DNA from: an uncultured Kaistella sp.
GTDB taxonomy: Bacteria; Bacteroidota; Bacteroidia; Flavobacteriales; Weeksellaceae
DNA: 36,821 nt
Reading direction: 5' to 3'
Assembly (NCBI GenBank): GCA_964433195.1
Contig: CAYSQR010000003.1
Span: 7,281-44,101 of the forward strand
This document shows positions 19,310 through 27,985 of the stretch, one piece after another. Made by a program: the position numbers and the translations under genes. The notes below the pieces were generated by a model. The model saw only the letters and a program-made list of their open reading frames with translations. It did not search any database and was not told where the DNA came from. Positions within the stretch are counted from its first letter, which is position 1; the number at the start of each line of letters is the position of its first letter.

Positions 19310-20974
19310 TCATTTAATTCTCCTCAATTTATTTTCGGTTTTCTCAAGGTATTTCTCCGTATTTTTCCTGTCCGGAACTGTGGTGATAACTTTGGTTAAA
19401 GCGGTTTGAAATTCTGCTTTTGCCTGTAGATAATTTTTATTTTGATAGTGGTATTTTCCGGCTTTGTAATAAACCGACCATAAATCGGGATTCATCATCT
19501 GGTAATTTTTAATGAAATCTTCGCTCAGTATTTTTTTATTTTTAAGGGCTTCGTCCATTTCACGGTCGGCTTTTCTGTATTCCTCATATTTTTTAAAATC
19601 ATCGGAATCGGCAAAGGAATCTCTCGGAATATTTAGTTTTCCGGTTTCTAAAATTCCCGGTTTCGGATTTCCGTTAAAAATTTTATTCAAATCATAACAA
19701 ACAAATTCTCCCAACTGATACGGATTGGAAGAAACCCAAACCAATTTTTTTTCGGGAGAAAATATAATGGCGTGATGTGCAAGAAGCTGGTTAATCGCTT
19801 TTTCGTTCCCGAAACCGAGCGGAATTTCTTTCAGTCCGTTTTTTTCCCGCAACACTTTTGCCATTTTCAGGGGATTCATTTTTTCGTTTTTTTGGAGCAG
19901 TTCCTGCAATCTTTCGTAGCGGTATTCGGAGTGACTTTCTGCAATCTGCTTATTGTTTCTGCGGTCGTTTTTGTATTCTTCGGATTGGAAATGATTAGTG
20001 CAAATCAATTGTGATGAATTTCTGACCTCGAAAACTCCGAAATTATCGGGAGAAACTTCGATGAGAACGGCTTTTCTGTCATTCGAGCTTCCTATCATAA
20101 TGGATTCGGAAACAAAGACTTCTCTTTTCTTGGCAATCTCAATGGCTTCATCAATATTTTTGGCAAACATCAGAATTTCTTTCGTTACCAGTGAAATCGG
20201 TGTTTTTGCAGTAAATGGAATTTTGGATTTTCCGGCATTGATGGTTACGGTAATTCCTTCCAGATTCATCCCGGAAACTACTCCTGTCATTCCACCCCAA
20301 GTTACCGACATATACGGAATTGCGTTTTCGGGTTTCACGAAAGCAACTATTTTTTCTTTGGCAAAATCATCTCCTGCATAAAAATCGAAATTTCTCCCGA
20401 TAAGCAAATCGCCGTCTTCGGAATTTTCGTTCCAAACGGCTAAAGAAGAGCATCCTACAATCATCAAATCCTGCATAGCGTGACCAATATCGTGTGCTCC
20501 GTGAAGATACATACTCCGCAAAAACGGCGGTGCAATAAAATCGTATTCGTGCGACGAATAACGGGAAAGTCCGTAAATTTCCGCTTGAAAATCGTTCCGT
20601 ACATTTAGGTACATTTTCCTGTTGTACCATTTCAACAGAGAACGGAGCAATCCTTGTTTGAATTTTGAGGGAACAAGTTCCTCCACTTTAGAGAAAAATA
20701 TTTTCTCCTGCTTCTGCATCATCTCCTGAGTAAGTGCACCGTTGCTGTAACCTATCTGCAAAGGATTTCCGGTGAGATACAATTCCCAAAGCTGCTGTTT
20801 GTTTTTGGCAAAAAAATTATCTTTAAAATAAAAAAGGGAATCGTTCTTCTTCTGAACTTCGGGAGTTTCCAAAGAATATTGGCTGGTTTCCGGGAGATGT
20901 TTTACCGATTTTGCTGTTCCGCAGGAAACTGTGAACGAAAGGAGGAGAATCCAAAAAATATTTTTTTTAATCAT
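19310..20974 (-). CDS. C45-family Ntn-hydrolase/acyltransferase lipoprotein
   Basis: Lipobox TVSC; autoprocessing G-CSS site; GRNFDF, SGMN..G and CTNHF motifs; TPR-like C-terminus. Confidence 0.85.
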   Translation of the reverse strand: MIKKNIFWILLLSFTVSCGTAKSVKHLPETSQYSLETPEVQKKNDSLFYFKDNFFAKNKQQLWELYLTGNPLQIGYSNGALTQEMMQKQEKIFFSKVEELVPSKFKQGLLRSLLKWYNRKMYLNVRNDFQAEIYGLSRYSSHEYDFIAPPFLRSMYLHGAHDIGHAMQDLMIVGCSSLAVWNENSEDGDLLIGRNFDFYAGDDFAKEKIVAFVKPENAIPYMSVTWGGMTGVVSGMNLEGITVTINAGKSKIPFTAKTPISLVTKEILMFAKNIDEAIEIAKKREVFVSESIMIGSSNDRKAVLIEVSPDNFGVFEVRNSSQLICTNHFQSEEYKNDRRNNKQIAESHSEYRYERLQELLQKNEKMNPLKMAKVLREKNGLKEIPLGFGNEKAINQLLAHHAIIFSPEKKLVWVSSNPYQLGEFVCYDLNKIFNGNPKPGILETGKLNIPRDSFADSDDFKKYEEYRKADREMDEALKNKKILSEDFIKNYQMMNPDLWSVYYKAGKYHYQNKNYLQAKAEFQTALTKVITTVPDRKNTEKYLEKTENKLRRIK

Positions 20975-20995
20975 ATTTTTTGAGGTGCAGCGGAA

Positions 20996-21288
20996 TTATA
21001 AATTTAATTTTTGAGGATTGTCTTTGTTGCTCCAAAAAGAAACAATTTCTACTACATCGCTTTTAATTCTGTAAAACACAGAAAAATTATACAGCACAAG
21101 AACCCTTCTTGTTTTTTCTTTTGTTCCAAAAACAGCTGAACCGATATAAGGATTTATCTTTAAAAGTTGTTCCTTTCTCTCCACTTCATCAATAATTTTC
21201 AAAGAATAAGAATTGGATTTATTGTGGTTAATCCAAAAATCTCAATATACCGCTCTTCAGCTTCGGGAGTCCATTTTATTTTGAACAT
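20996..21288 (-). pseudogene. RelE/ParE-family toxin, frameshifted
   Basis: ATG 21288 gives MFKIKWTPEAEERYIEI and hits a stop at 21201-21199. A shifted frame continues FWINHNKSNSYSLKIIDEV...NPYIG...FSVFYRI...VEIVSFW to 20996. The break is at the A5 tract 21235-21239. Confidence 0.78.
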
Positions 21289-21500
21289 AAGCTTCTCGCT
21301 AATTGATGAACTTCTGTACTATCTTTCAGCAAACCTTTATCGGCTTCATCAATACCTTTGTTTATAGAGCGAATCTCCTCCGGAGAAACTTTTATTATTT
21401 CCTCTGAAATCGTTTCAAATGAAAATTTCATTCTATTCAGCAGACTTTTTAGCAAGTTTATTTCTTCCTGATTATTTACCTGAACTACTATTGAAGCCAT
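21276..21500 (-). CDS. Putative type II antitoxin
   Basis: 74 aa; SPEEIRSINKGIDEADKG resembles addiction-module antitoxins; overlaps the toxin start by 13 nt. ATG 21500 preferred. Confidence 0.7.
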   Translation of the reverse strand: MASIVVQVNNQEEINLLKSLLNRMKFSFETISEEIIKVSPEEIRSINKGIDEADKGLLKDSTEVHQLARSLCSK

Positions 21501-21514
21501 AATGCTATTTTTTA

Positions 21515-21522
21515 CAAAGTTA
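21515..21522 (-). promoter_or_regulatory. Candidate -7 promoter box of the TA operon
   Basis: Minus-strand TAACTTTG (TAnnTTTG), 14 nt before the antitoxin ATG. Confidence 0.5.
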
Positions 21523-21631
21523 TACAAATTTTAGGCTTAAAAAACTTTTTAAAAATTTTAGGTATTTTATTTTTTTGATTTTCAGATGATTATAATTTTA
21601 TTATATCTAAAATATTGAAATTTTCCTTTAT

Positions 21632-23158
21632 TTATAAAACCGTGCGAAGTCGCTCATCAATCAATTCCTTACCTAAAATTTCGGAGCAGGTTACAAATGC
21701 ACCGATTGTTACTCCCAAAATTCCGTGCATATTGATGCTTTGTCCCGTAAGAAAAAGATTGCTGATTTTGGTTTTCGGGGAAATCATACTTTTCATCGGA
21801 TTCTTGGAATCTTTAATATAGCCATACATATTTCCCTGAAAATTCCCGATATAATCACGGTATGAAAGTGGCGATGAAGTATAAACTTCCTGTATTGCAG
21901 AAGAAATTCCGGGAATTTTCTTTTCGAGTTCTTTTATGAAAATTTCCGCTTTTCTGTTTTTGAAATTTTGGTAAGATTCTCCTCGTTCTTCTTTTTCGGC
22001 AACTGTATTTCTGGTATTTTCCCATTCTTTCACTTCATCGAATTTCATATAAGCAATTGCAGTAATGCTTTCTGCAAATTCCGGATTTTCTTTCGACGGA
22101 GTGCAGGAAAGCATATAACTTTCCGGCCACGATTTTTCCTGATAAGAAGCGGTTTTCCAAACCATTTCCGTTTTCCGGTAATGATAATAATTGTGATTAA
22201 AATACGGAACGGTTTCCGGTTTCAGAATCAGATAAATACTGAAGCAGGGAGAAGTGGATTCCAAAGTTTCGACCCGGTTTACAAATGATTTTTTCATTTT
22301 GTCTTTACCAATGAGCTTTATGGTATTACGGATTTCGATATTCGAGATGAATTGTGAAGCGAAATATTGTTTTTTGTTTCTGGTTTTTACTGAGGTTAAA
22401 ATATTATTTTCATCGAAGCAAAACCCGGTAACTTCGGTGTGCTTATGAATTTCCGCACCATATTTTCGCAGTTCCCGAATGAGTAATTTAGAAATCTGGC
22501 TTCCTCCGTTGATACATTTGTACGAGCTTTGGATATAGGAATTTATCGTCAAAGCGTGTACGTACAGTGGTGTTTTCTCCGCAATTCCTGCATACAGAAA
22601 ATTGGAGCCGGAAAGTACCGCCTGTAATTTTTTGTTTCCGGTAACAGATTCTATAAATTCTTTGGCATTGAGGTAGAGCAACTCATCTTTGTATTTATTT
22701 TTTCCTACAAGATTGTACCTCGGAAATTCGTTGCATACTTCCTGAATTTTTTTGACGTAATGTTCCAGATTTTCTTTTTCCTCCGGAAAATATACGGAAA
22801 GCTGATTTACGAAATTATCATAACCTTGTGCGTGAGGATACTCCAAAGAATCACTGTCAAAAGTAATTTTATCGAAACCGTCCTCCGAAAGTTTTTTCAG
22901 TTTCAGATCTTTCATAATTTCGAGATAGGTGAAATATTGGTTGAGGTTTTGTCCTTCGGAAAGTCCGCCTAAGTAATGAACTCCTGTATCCAAAATCATT
23001 TTGTTCCGGGAAAATGTCTGCAGATTTCCTCCGAACTGGTTATTTTTTTCCAGGATACAGACTTTCAGTCCTTCTTTAGCTAAAACCAAAGCAGAAACCA
23101 AGCCGCCTAAACCGCTTCCGATGACGAGAATATCGAAATGATTTTTCAAAAAAAACAA
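21632..23158 (-). CDS. Phytoene-dehydrogenase/retinol-saturase-like FAD oxidoreductase
   Basis: GSGLGG Rossmann motif, EKNNQFGG, DTGVHY, C-terminal NLFLTGQS. TTG start at 23158 or 23149. Confidence 0.85.
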   Translation of the reverse strand: MFFLKNHFDILVIGSGLGGLVSALVLAKEGLKVCILEKNNQFGGNLQTFSRNKMILDTGVHYLGGLSEGQNLNQYFTYLEIMKDLKLKKLSEDGFDKITFDSDSLEYPHAQGYDNFVNQLSVYFPEEKENLEHYVKKIQEVCNEFPRYNLVGKNKYKDELLYLNAKEFIESVTGNKKLQAVLSGSNFLYAGIAEKTPLYVHALTINSYIQSSYKCINGGSQISKLLIRELRKYGAEIHKHTEVTGFCFDENNILTSVKTRNKKQYFASQFISNIEIRNTIKLIGKDKMKKSFVNRVETLESTSPCFSIYLILKPETVPYFNHNYYHYRKTEMVWKTASYQEKSWPESYMLSCTPSKENPEFAESITAIAYMKFDEVKEWENTRNTVAEKEERGESYQNFKNRKAEIFIKELEKKIPGISSAIQEVYTSSPLSYRDYIGNFQGNMYGYIKDSKNPMKSMISPKTKISNLFLTGQSINMHGILGVTIGAFVTCSEILGKELIDERLRTVL

Positions 23159-23191
23159 TTCTTTAAAGATTATTTCAAAAATAGAAAAAAA

Positions 23192-24073
23192 TCAGTCAAC
23201 ATCATCCCAGAAATCATAGTAATTGAACCATTGCAGCGGATAAACTTCGAGCATTGATTCTAAATTTTTTACATAAGATTCCAGCAAACCGTTTGTATCA
23301 CGATGTTTCACTTCGGCAATCCGTGTATAAAGATGGTAATGAAGATTGGGTTCTTTCATCACATACACATAAGCAACGGGAACTTTCAGCCGCGATGCAA
23401 TCATAAAAGGACCCGCCGGAAATTTTGCTTTTTTTCCCAAAAGTTCGGTTTCCAAAAATTTGGATCCGTCGAAATAGCGATCCCCGGTAAAACAGATGAG
23501 TTCGTTTCTGGAAAGTGCGTTGTTTATCTCGAAAATATGCGACATATCTTCTTTAATGAAAATAAATTTGATGGATGATTCTTTTTCTGAAATGCTTTCT
23601 AAGTATTCTTTTATGACATTCCGTTCCTGATCGGTCGTAACCAGATTGATTTGATAATCGAAATCTATCTCTGCGAAAAATCTTTCGGCAATTTCGAAAT
23701 TCCCGATGTGTGCACTGATTAAAATACCTCCTTTTTTGTCGAGCATCATTTTTTTCAGGTTTTCAACCCCATCAAAGTCATAAGTGAAACTGTTCCTTAA
23801 TCCGGCGGAAATTGCGGTTTTGTCAATGAGAGTCTGTCCGAAAACAAAATAGTTTCTGAAAACGGCTTTCTTCGCTTTCAGCTTGCTCCAGTTCAGACGT
23901 TTATGAAAATAATAGTAAATATATCGGTTGCTTTGCTTGAGAAACAAAAAATAATATGCTGCAACGAAGTAGAGAACGAGGTATGCGGTTTTCACTCCAA
24001 AATTCTTTATGGAGTAAACAAATATTTTGTATCCCAATAAAGTTCCTCTGGATTTCCCGCTCCATTTTGCCAT
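23192..24073 (-). CDS. LpxL/HtrB-family lipid acyltransferase
   Basis: SAHIGNFE (HX4E), GDR, FPAGPF and YPLQWFNYYDFW motifs. Confidence 0.85.
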   Translation of the reverse strand: MAKWSGKSRGTLLGYKIFVYSIKNFGVKTAYLVLYFVAAYYFLFLKQSNRYIYYYFHKRLNWSKLKAKKAVFRNYFVFGQTLIDKTAISAGLRNSFTYDFDGVENLKKMMLDKKGGILISAHIGNFEIAERFFAEIDFDYQINLVTTDQERNVIKEYLESISEKESSIKFIFIKEDMSHIFEINNALSRNELICFTGDRYFDGSKFLETELLGKKAKFPAGPFMIASRLKVPVAYVYVMKEPNLHYHLYTRIAEVKHRDTNGLLESYVKNLESMLEVYPLQWFNYYDFWDDVD

Positions 24074-24136
24074 AATGAGTTTGATTCAGATAAATCTAAA
24101 ACAATAAAAAAACCGATAATTAAAAAAATAAATCTG

Positions 24137-24397
24137 CTAAGATACTTTTCCTTTTTCTGAAATTTTGGTCTGAATGGTATCATAAAAATCATCAAAAGTG
24201 ATCATTTTTTTGAAATCAGCTTCGCCTAATTTCACTCCGAAATTAGATTCTATGACCACGACCATATCAATATAATCCAAACTGTCCAATCCTAAAGTTT
24301 CCTTAAGATTCGCCTGGTTCTGAATGTCATCTCCGTCCACTTCAAATTCGTTGACAAGAAAATCATTAACAATAGAGATAATTCTTTCTCTTTCCAT
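24137..24397 (-). CDS. Acyl carrier protein
   Basis: 86 aa, acidic, LGLDSLDYID motif. Confidence 0.93.
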   Translation of the reverse strand: MERERIISIVNDFLVNEFEVDGDDIQNQANLKETLGLDSLDYIDMVVVIESNFGVKLGEADFKKMITFDDFYDTIQTKISEKGKVS

Positions 24398-24405
24398 AAA
24401 TGTTC

Positions 24406-25626
24406 TTATACGACTTTTTTAATTATAATTGATGAGTTTGTTCCTCCGAATCCGAAAGAATTAGACAAAAATACGTTTATTTTTTTATTCCGGGTTTCGG
24501 AAATTAAATTTATTTTTTGTGCATCTTCATCGGGATTCTCGAGATTGATATTGGGTGCGATAAAATCGTTCTGCATCATCAAAATAGAATAAATTACTTC
24601 ACTTGCTCCTGCCATCCAACATTCGTGACCCGTCATAGATTTTGTGGAACTTACCGGAACTTTGTCCCCGAAAATTTTGTGAATTGCTTTGGCTTCATTC
24701 GCATCTCCTAAAGGAGTGGAAGTTGCGTGAGCATTGATGTAATCTATTTCTTCGGGTTTTATATTCGCTTGTTTCAGGGAACGTTCCATCGCTAAAGCAG
24801 GTCCGTCCACATTGGGAGTGGAAATATGTCCTCCGTTTGAAGAAAATCCGTAACCTACAATTTCCGCAATAATCGGAGCTCCTCTTTTCACGGCAGATTC
24901 GTAACTTTCTACAATTAAAGTTGCCGCACCTCCACTTGGGATTAATCCGTCTCTATCATTATCAAAAGGTCTTGATGCTTTTTGCGGATCATTTTCCCGA
25001 ACGGAAAAAACTCCCAATCCGTCGAAGCTTGCCATAGAAAATTTATTGGTTTCCTGTGCACCTCCGCAAACAACCATTTCCTGTAAACCTTGCTTAATAA
25101 GCAAATAAGCAAGTCCCAAAGAATGAGAACCACTTGCACAAGCTGCACTGATTGTAATATTGATTCCTCTGAGTTTAAAAATAGTGGCAAGATTCATTGT
25201 TACGGTAGAATTCATTGATTTGAAAATCGCACCGGAACCCATCAAAGTAGTGTCTTTTTTTTCTTTAACAATATCAATCGCTTCCACAACTGCTTGTGAA
25301 ACACTATCGTTTCCGTAAAGAATTCCTACTTCGTTTTCGTCCAAAAATTGTTGGTCGATTTTTGCCTGTTCAAAAGCGTCGATTGTCGCCATATAAGCAT
25401 ATTCGCTTTCTTCGCCCATACTGATTCGCTGTCTTCTTCCGAGTAAATTTTTGAGAGCCGGTTTCGGAACATTTCCCATCAAGCCCGATCTGTAACCAAA
25501 TTCTTTTCTCTCGGAATCCAGAACAATCCCCGATTTTCCGTGAAAAAGTGATTCTTTTACTTCATCCAAAGTAATACCGATACACGAGTAAATTCCCATT
25601 CCGGTAATGACAACTCTGCTTTCCAT
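24406..25626 (-). CDS. Beta-ketoacyl-ACP synthase (FabB/F-like, intact triad)
   Basis: AACASG, AHATST, GHEC and SNSFGFGG motifs. Confidence 0.92.
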   Translation of the reverse strand: MESRVVITGMGIYSCIGITLDEVKESLFHGKSGIVLDSERKEFGYRSGLMGNVPKPALKNLLGRRQRISMGEESEYAYMATIDAFEQAKIDQQFLDENEVGILYGNDSVSQAVVEAIDIVKEKKDTTLMGSGAIFKSMNSTVTMNLATIFKLRGINITISAACASGSHSLGLAYLLIKQGLQEMVVCGGAQETNKFSMASFDGLGVFSVRENDPQKASRPFDNDRDGLIPSGGAATLIVESYESAVKRGAPIIAEIVGYGFSSNGGHISTPNVDGPALAMERSLKQANIKPEEIDYINAHATSTPLGDANEAKAIHKIFGDKVPVSSTKSMTGHECWMAGASEVIYSILMMQNDFIAPNINLENPDEDAQKINLISETRNKKINVFLSNSFGFGGTNSSIIIKKVV

Positions 25627-25633
25627 TGCTGAT

Positions 25634-26365
25634 TTATGAATAAATTCCTCCGTTTATATTGATGATTTCTCCCGTGATATATGAAGATTTTTTTGATGCC
25701 AGAAATGCAACCAAATCTGCAACTTCTTCCGCTTCTCCGAAACGGTTTGCCGGAATCATTGCTTTGAGTTCGTTTTCATCAAACTCTGCCGTCATATCTG
25801 TTTTGATGAAACCCGGTGCAACTGCGTTTACGGTAATATTTCTTTTGGCAACTTCCTGTGCAAGTGCTTTTGTTGCTCCGATTACTGCTCCTTTCGCAGC
25901 GGAATAATTGGTTTGTCCCGCTGTTCCTTTCAATCCGGAAACGGAAACCATATTGATGATTCTTCCGTATTTATTTCTTAATAATTTTTGGATAAAGAAA
26001 TTGGTTACATTGAAAAATCCGTTTAAACTGGTGTCGATTACGCTGTTCCAATCTTCGTGCTTCATCCACATAAACAAGCCGTCTTTGGTAATTCCCGCAT
26101 TATTTACAATGACTTCCACCAAAGCTTCTGGATTTTTATTTTGCCAAGATTCCAGAATGTTTTGTGTTTCTTCGGAATCTGCAACATTGAATTTGAGGAT
26201 TTCTCCGGTTTTCCCGAGTTTTTTTATTTCGTTTAAAGTTTCCAGTGCGGCAGTTTCATTACTGTTGTAATTGATGAGAATATGATAATTGCTTTCCTCT
26301 GCAAGTTTTATACAGATTGCTTTACCGATTCCTCTGGAACCACCTGTTACAATTGCACATTTCAT
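25634..26365 (-). CDS. fabG: 3-oxoacyl-ACP reductase
   Basis: TGGSRGIG, NNAGITKD, YSAAK (YxxxK) and VAPGFI motifs. Confidence 0.92.
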   Translation of the reverse strand: MKCAIVTGGSRGIGKAICIKLAEESNYHILINYNSNETAALETLNEIKKLGKTGEILKFNVADSEETQNILESWQNKNPEALVEVIVNNAGITKDGLFMWMKHEDWNSVIDTSLNGFFNVTNFFIQKLLRNKYGRIINMVSVSGLKGTAGQTNYSAAKGAVIGATKALAQEVAKRNITVNAVAPGFIKTDMTAEFDENELKAMIPANRFGEAEEVADLVAFLASKKSSYITGEIININGGIYS

Positions 26366-26374
26366 TTTGATATC

Positions 26375-27895
26375 TCAATTACCTGTTATTAAATACTGTT
26401 TCACTTTTTCCACGAAAGGATACATCACTACATCTTCTGCAAACGCAGGAACAATTTTTCTCACCTCATCATAAAGATTTCTGGTAGTGGTAGAAATTTT
26501 GTCTTTATATCCTAATATTTCTATTGCCTGAACAATTGTAATCAGTTCTATCGCAAGAACTTCAAAGGCATTGTTAATTACTTTTTCGCAAATGATTGCC
26601 GCATTGGTTCCCATACTTACAATATCCTGATTATCATTGTTATTCGGGATACTGTGAACATACATCGGATTCGACAGCATCTGATTTTCCGCAGTTGTAG
26701 AAGTTGCGGTAAATTGTACTCCCTGCATCCCGAAATTGAATCCCAATTTTCCGAGGTTCACAAATGGAGGCAAAATTTCGTTAATCTTGGAATTCAATAG
26801 ATAATTCAGTTGTCTTTCAGCCAACATTGTGAGTTTGGTAACTACAATCTTCAGCTTATCCATTTCAAGGGAAATGTAATCTCCGTGGAAGTTTCCGCCG
26901 TGATAAACGTGCTCTTCTTCAGGAATAATAATCGGATTATCGTTCGCTGAATTGATTTCATTTTCCAAGACCTTTTCAGCATATTCCAACGTATCCAAAA
27001 CGGGTCCCAAAATCTGCGGAACACACCTCAATGAATAATATTCCTGAACTTTATCTTTAAAAATTTCTTCTTTGGTTTCCTTTTTATAAAGATGCTCTTC
27101 TCTTTTTCTGATCAATTGGGTGTCTGAAAGATATTTCCTCATTTTTCCGGCTACTTTCTGCTGTCCGAGATGTTTTTTGGTTCCGTTCAGCGATTCGGAA
27201 AAATGGTCGTCATACGATTGTACGATTTCATTGATTGCACAGGAAAATTTTATGGATAAATCTATTAGCTTTTTTGTATGAAAAGTATTGTTTATCCCGA
27301 TTCCCGTCATCACCGAAGTTCCGTTCATCAAACCAAGTCCTTCTCGTAATTCAATTACAACGGGTTGAAGATTTTCAATTTCAAAAACTTCTTTTGTGGA
27401 TTTTCTTTCTCCTTTATAGAAAACTTCTCCTTCTCCTATAAGAACCAATGCAAGATGAGCAAGCTGAACCAAATCGCCACTTGCACCAACTCCGCCGTGT
27501 TCGAAAATAAGCGGTGTAATATCTCTGTTTATTAATTCTTTAAGTAATAAAATTACCGAAATATGAACTGCGGATTTTCCCTGAGAAAGTGTATTGAGAC
27601 GAGCAAGCATCGCTGCTTTTACATCAACCGGCTTAAGCGGATTTCCTACTCCTGAAGAATGACTTCTGATAAGATTATATTGTAACTGGTGTTTGTCGGC
27701 ATCTTTGATTCTATATTGAGCCATAGGACCAAAACCGGTATTAACACCATATATTATCTTTTCCTTTGAAAATTCTTTCAGAAATTGAAAACTGTTGTTA
27801 ACTCTCTCTATCAATGAGTCATCCAGCTCTATTTTTTCATCTTCAAAAATAACCCTCTGAAAGTCTTCAATTTTTAATATGTCGATTAATTTCAT
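26375..27895 (-). CDS. Aromatic amino acid ammonia-lyase (HAL/PAL/TAL family), likely starter-unit supply
   Basis: YGVNTGFG, MIO-forming GASGDL, YSLRC, NDNP and GGNFHG motifs. Tyr/Phe substrate is inferred from cluster context. Confidence 0.9.
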   Translation of the reverse strand: MKLIDILKIEDFQRVIFEDEKIELDDSLIERVNNSFQFLKEFSKEKIIYGVNTGFGPMAQYRIKDADKHQLQYNLIRSHSSGVGNPLKPVDVKAAMLARLNTLSQGKSAVHISVILLLKELINRDITPLIFEHGGVGASGDLVQLAHLALVLIGEGEVFYKGERKSTKEVFEIENLQPVVIELREGLGLMNGTSVMTGIGINNTFHTKKLIDLSIKFSCAINEIVQSYDDHFSESLNGTKKHLGQQKVAGKMRKYLSDTQLIRKREEHLYKKETKEEIFKDKVQEYYSLRCVPQILGPVLDTLEYAEKVLENEINSANDNPIIIPEEEHVYHGGNFHGDYISLEMDKLKIVVTKLTMLAERQLNYLLNSKINEILPPFVNLGKLGFNFGMQGVQFTATSTTAENQMLSNPMYVHSIPNNNDNQDIVSMGTNAAIICEKVINNAFEVLAIELITIVQAIEILGYKDKISTTTRNLYDEVRKIVPAFAEDVVMYPFVEKVKQYLITGN

Positions 27896-27939
27896 TTAAA
27901 ATTTTAATAATAAAAAAGCGAAAATCAAATAAATGTCTT

Positions 27940-27957
27940 TAATTTTGTGCAAAGATA
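27940..27957. promoter_or_regulatory. Two adjacent, opposed -7 promoter boxes between divergent genes
   Basis: TAATTTTG on + (27940-27947) and TATCTTTG on - (27957-27950). Confidence 0.5.
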
Positions 27958-27985
27958 TAATTTTATTAAAAAAAGAACTATAATT

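Noticed and set aside
20996..21202. 68-aa ORF as a complete stand-alone gene
   Set aside because: It is the C-terminal part of the frameshifted toxin; the N-terminus is in another frame from ATG 21288.
26375..27895. hutH (histidine catabolism)
   Set aside because: No hutU, hutI or hutG nearby; it heads a fabG-KS-ACP operon, so a biosynthetic role is more likely.
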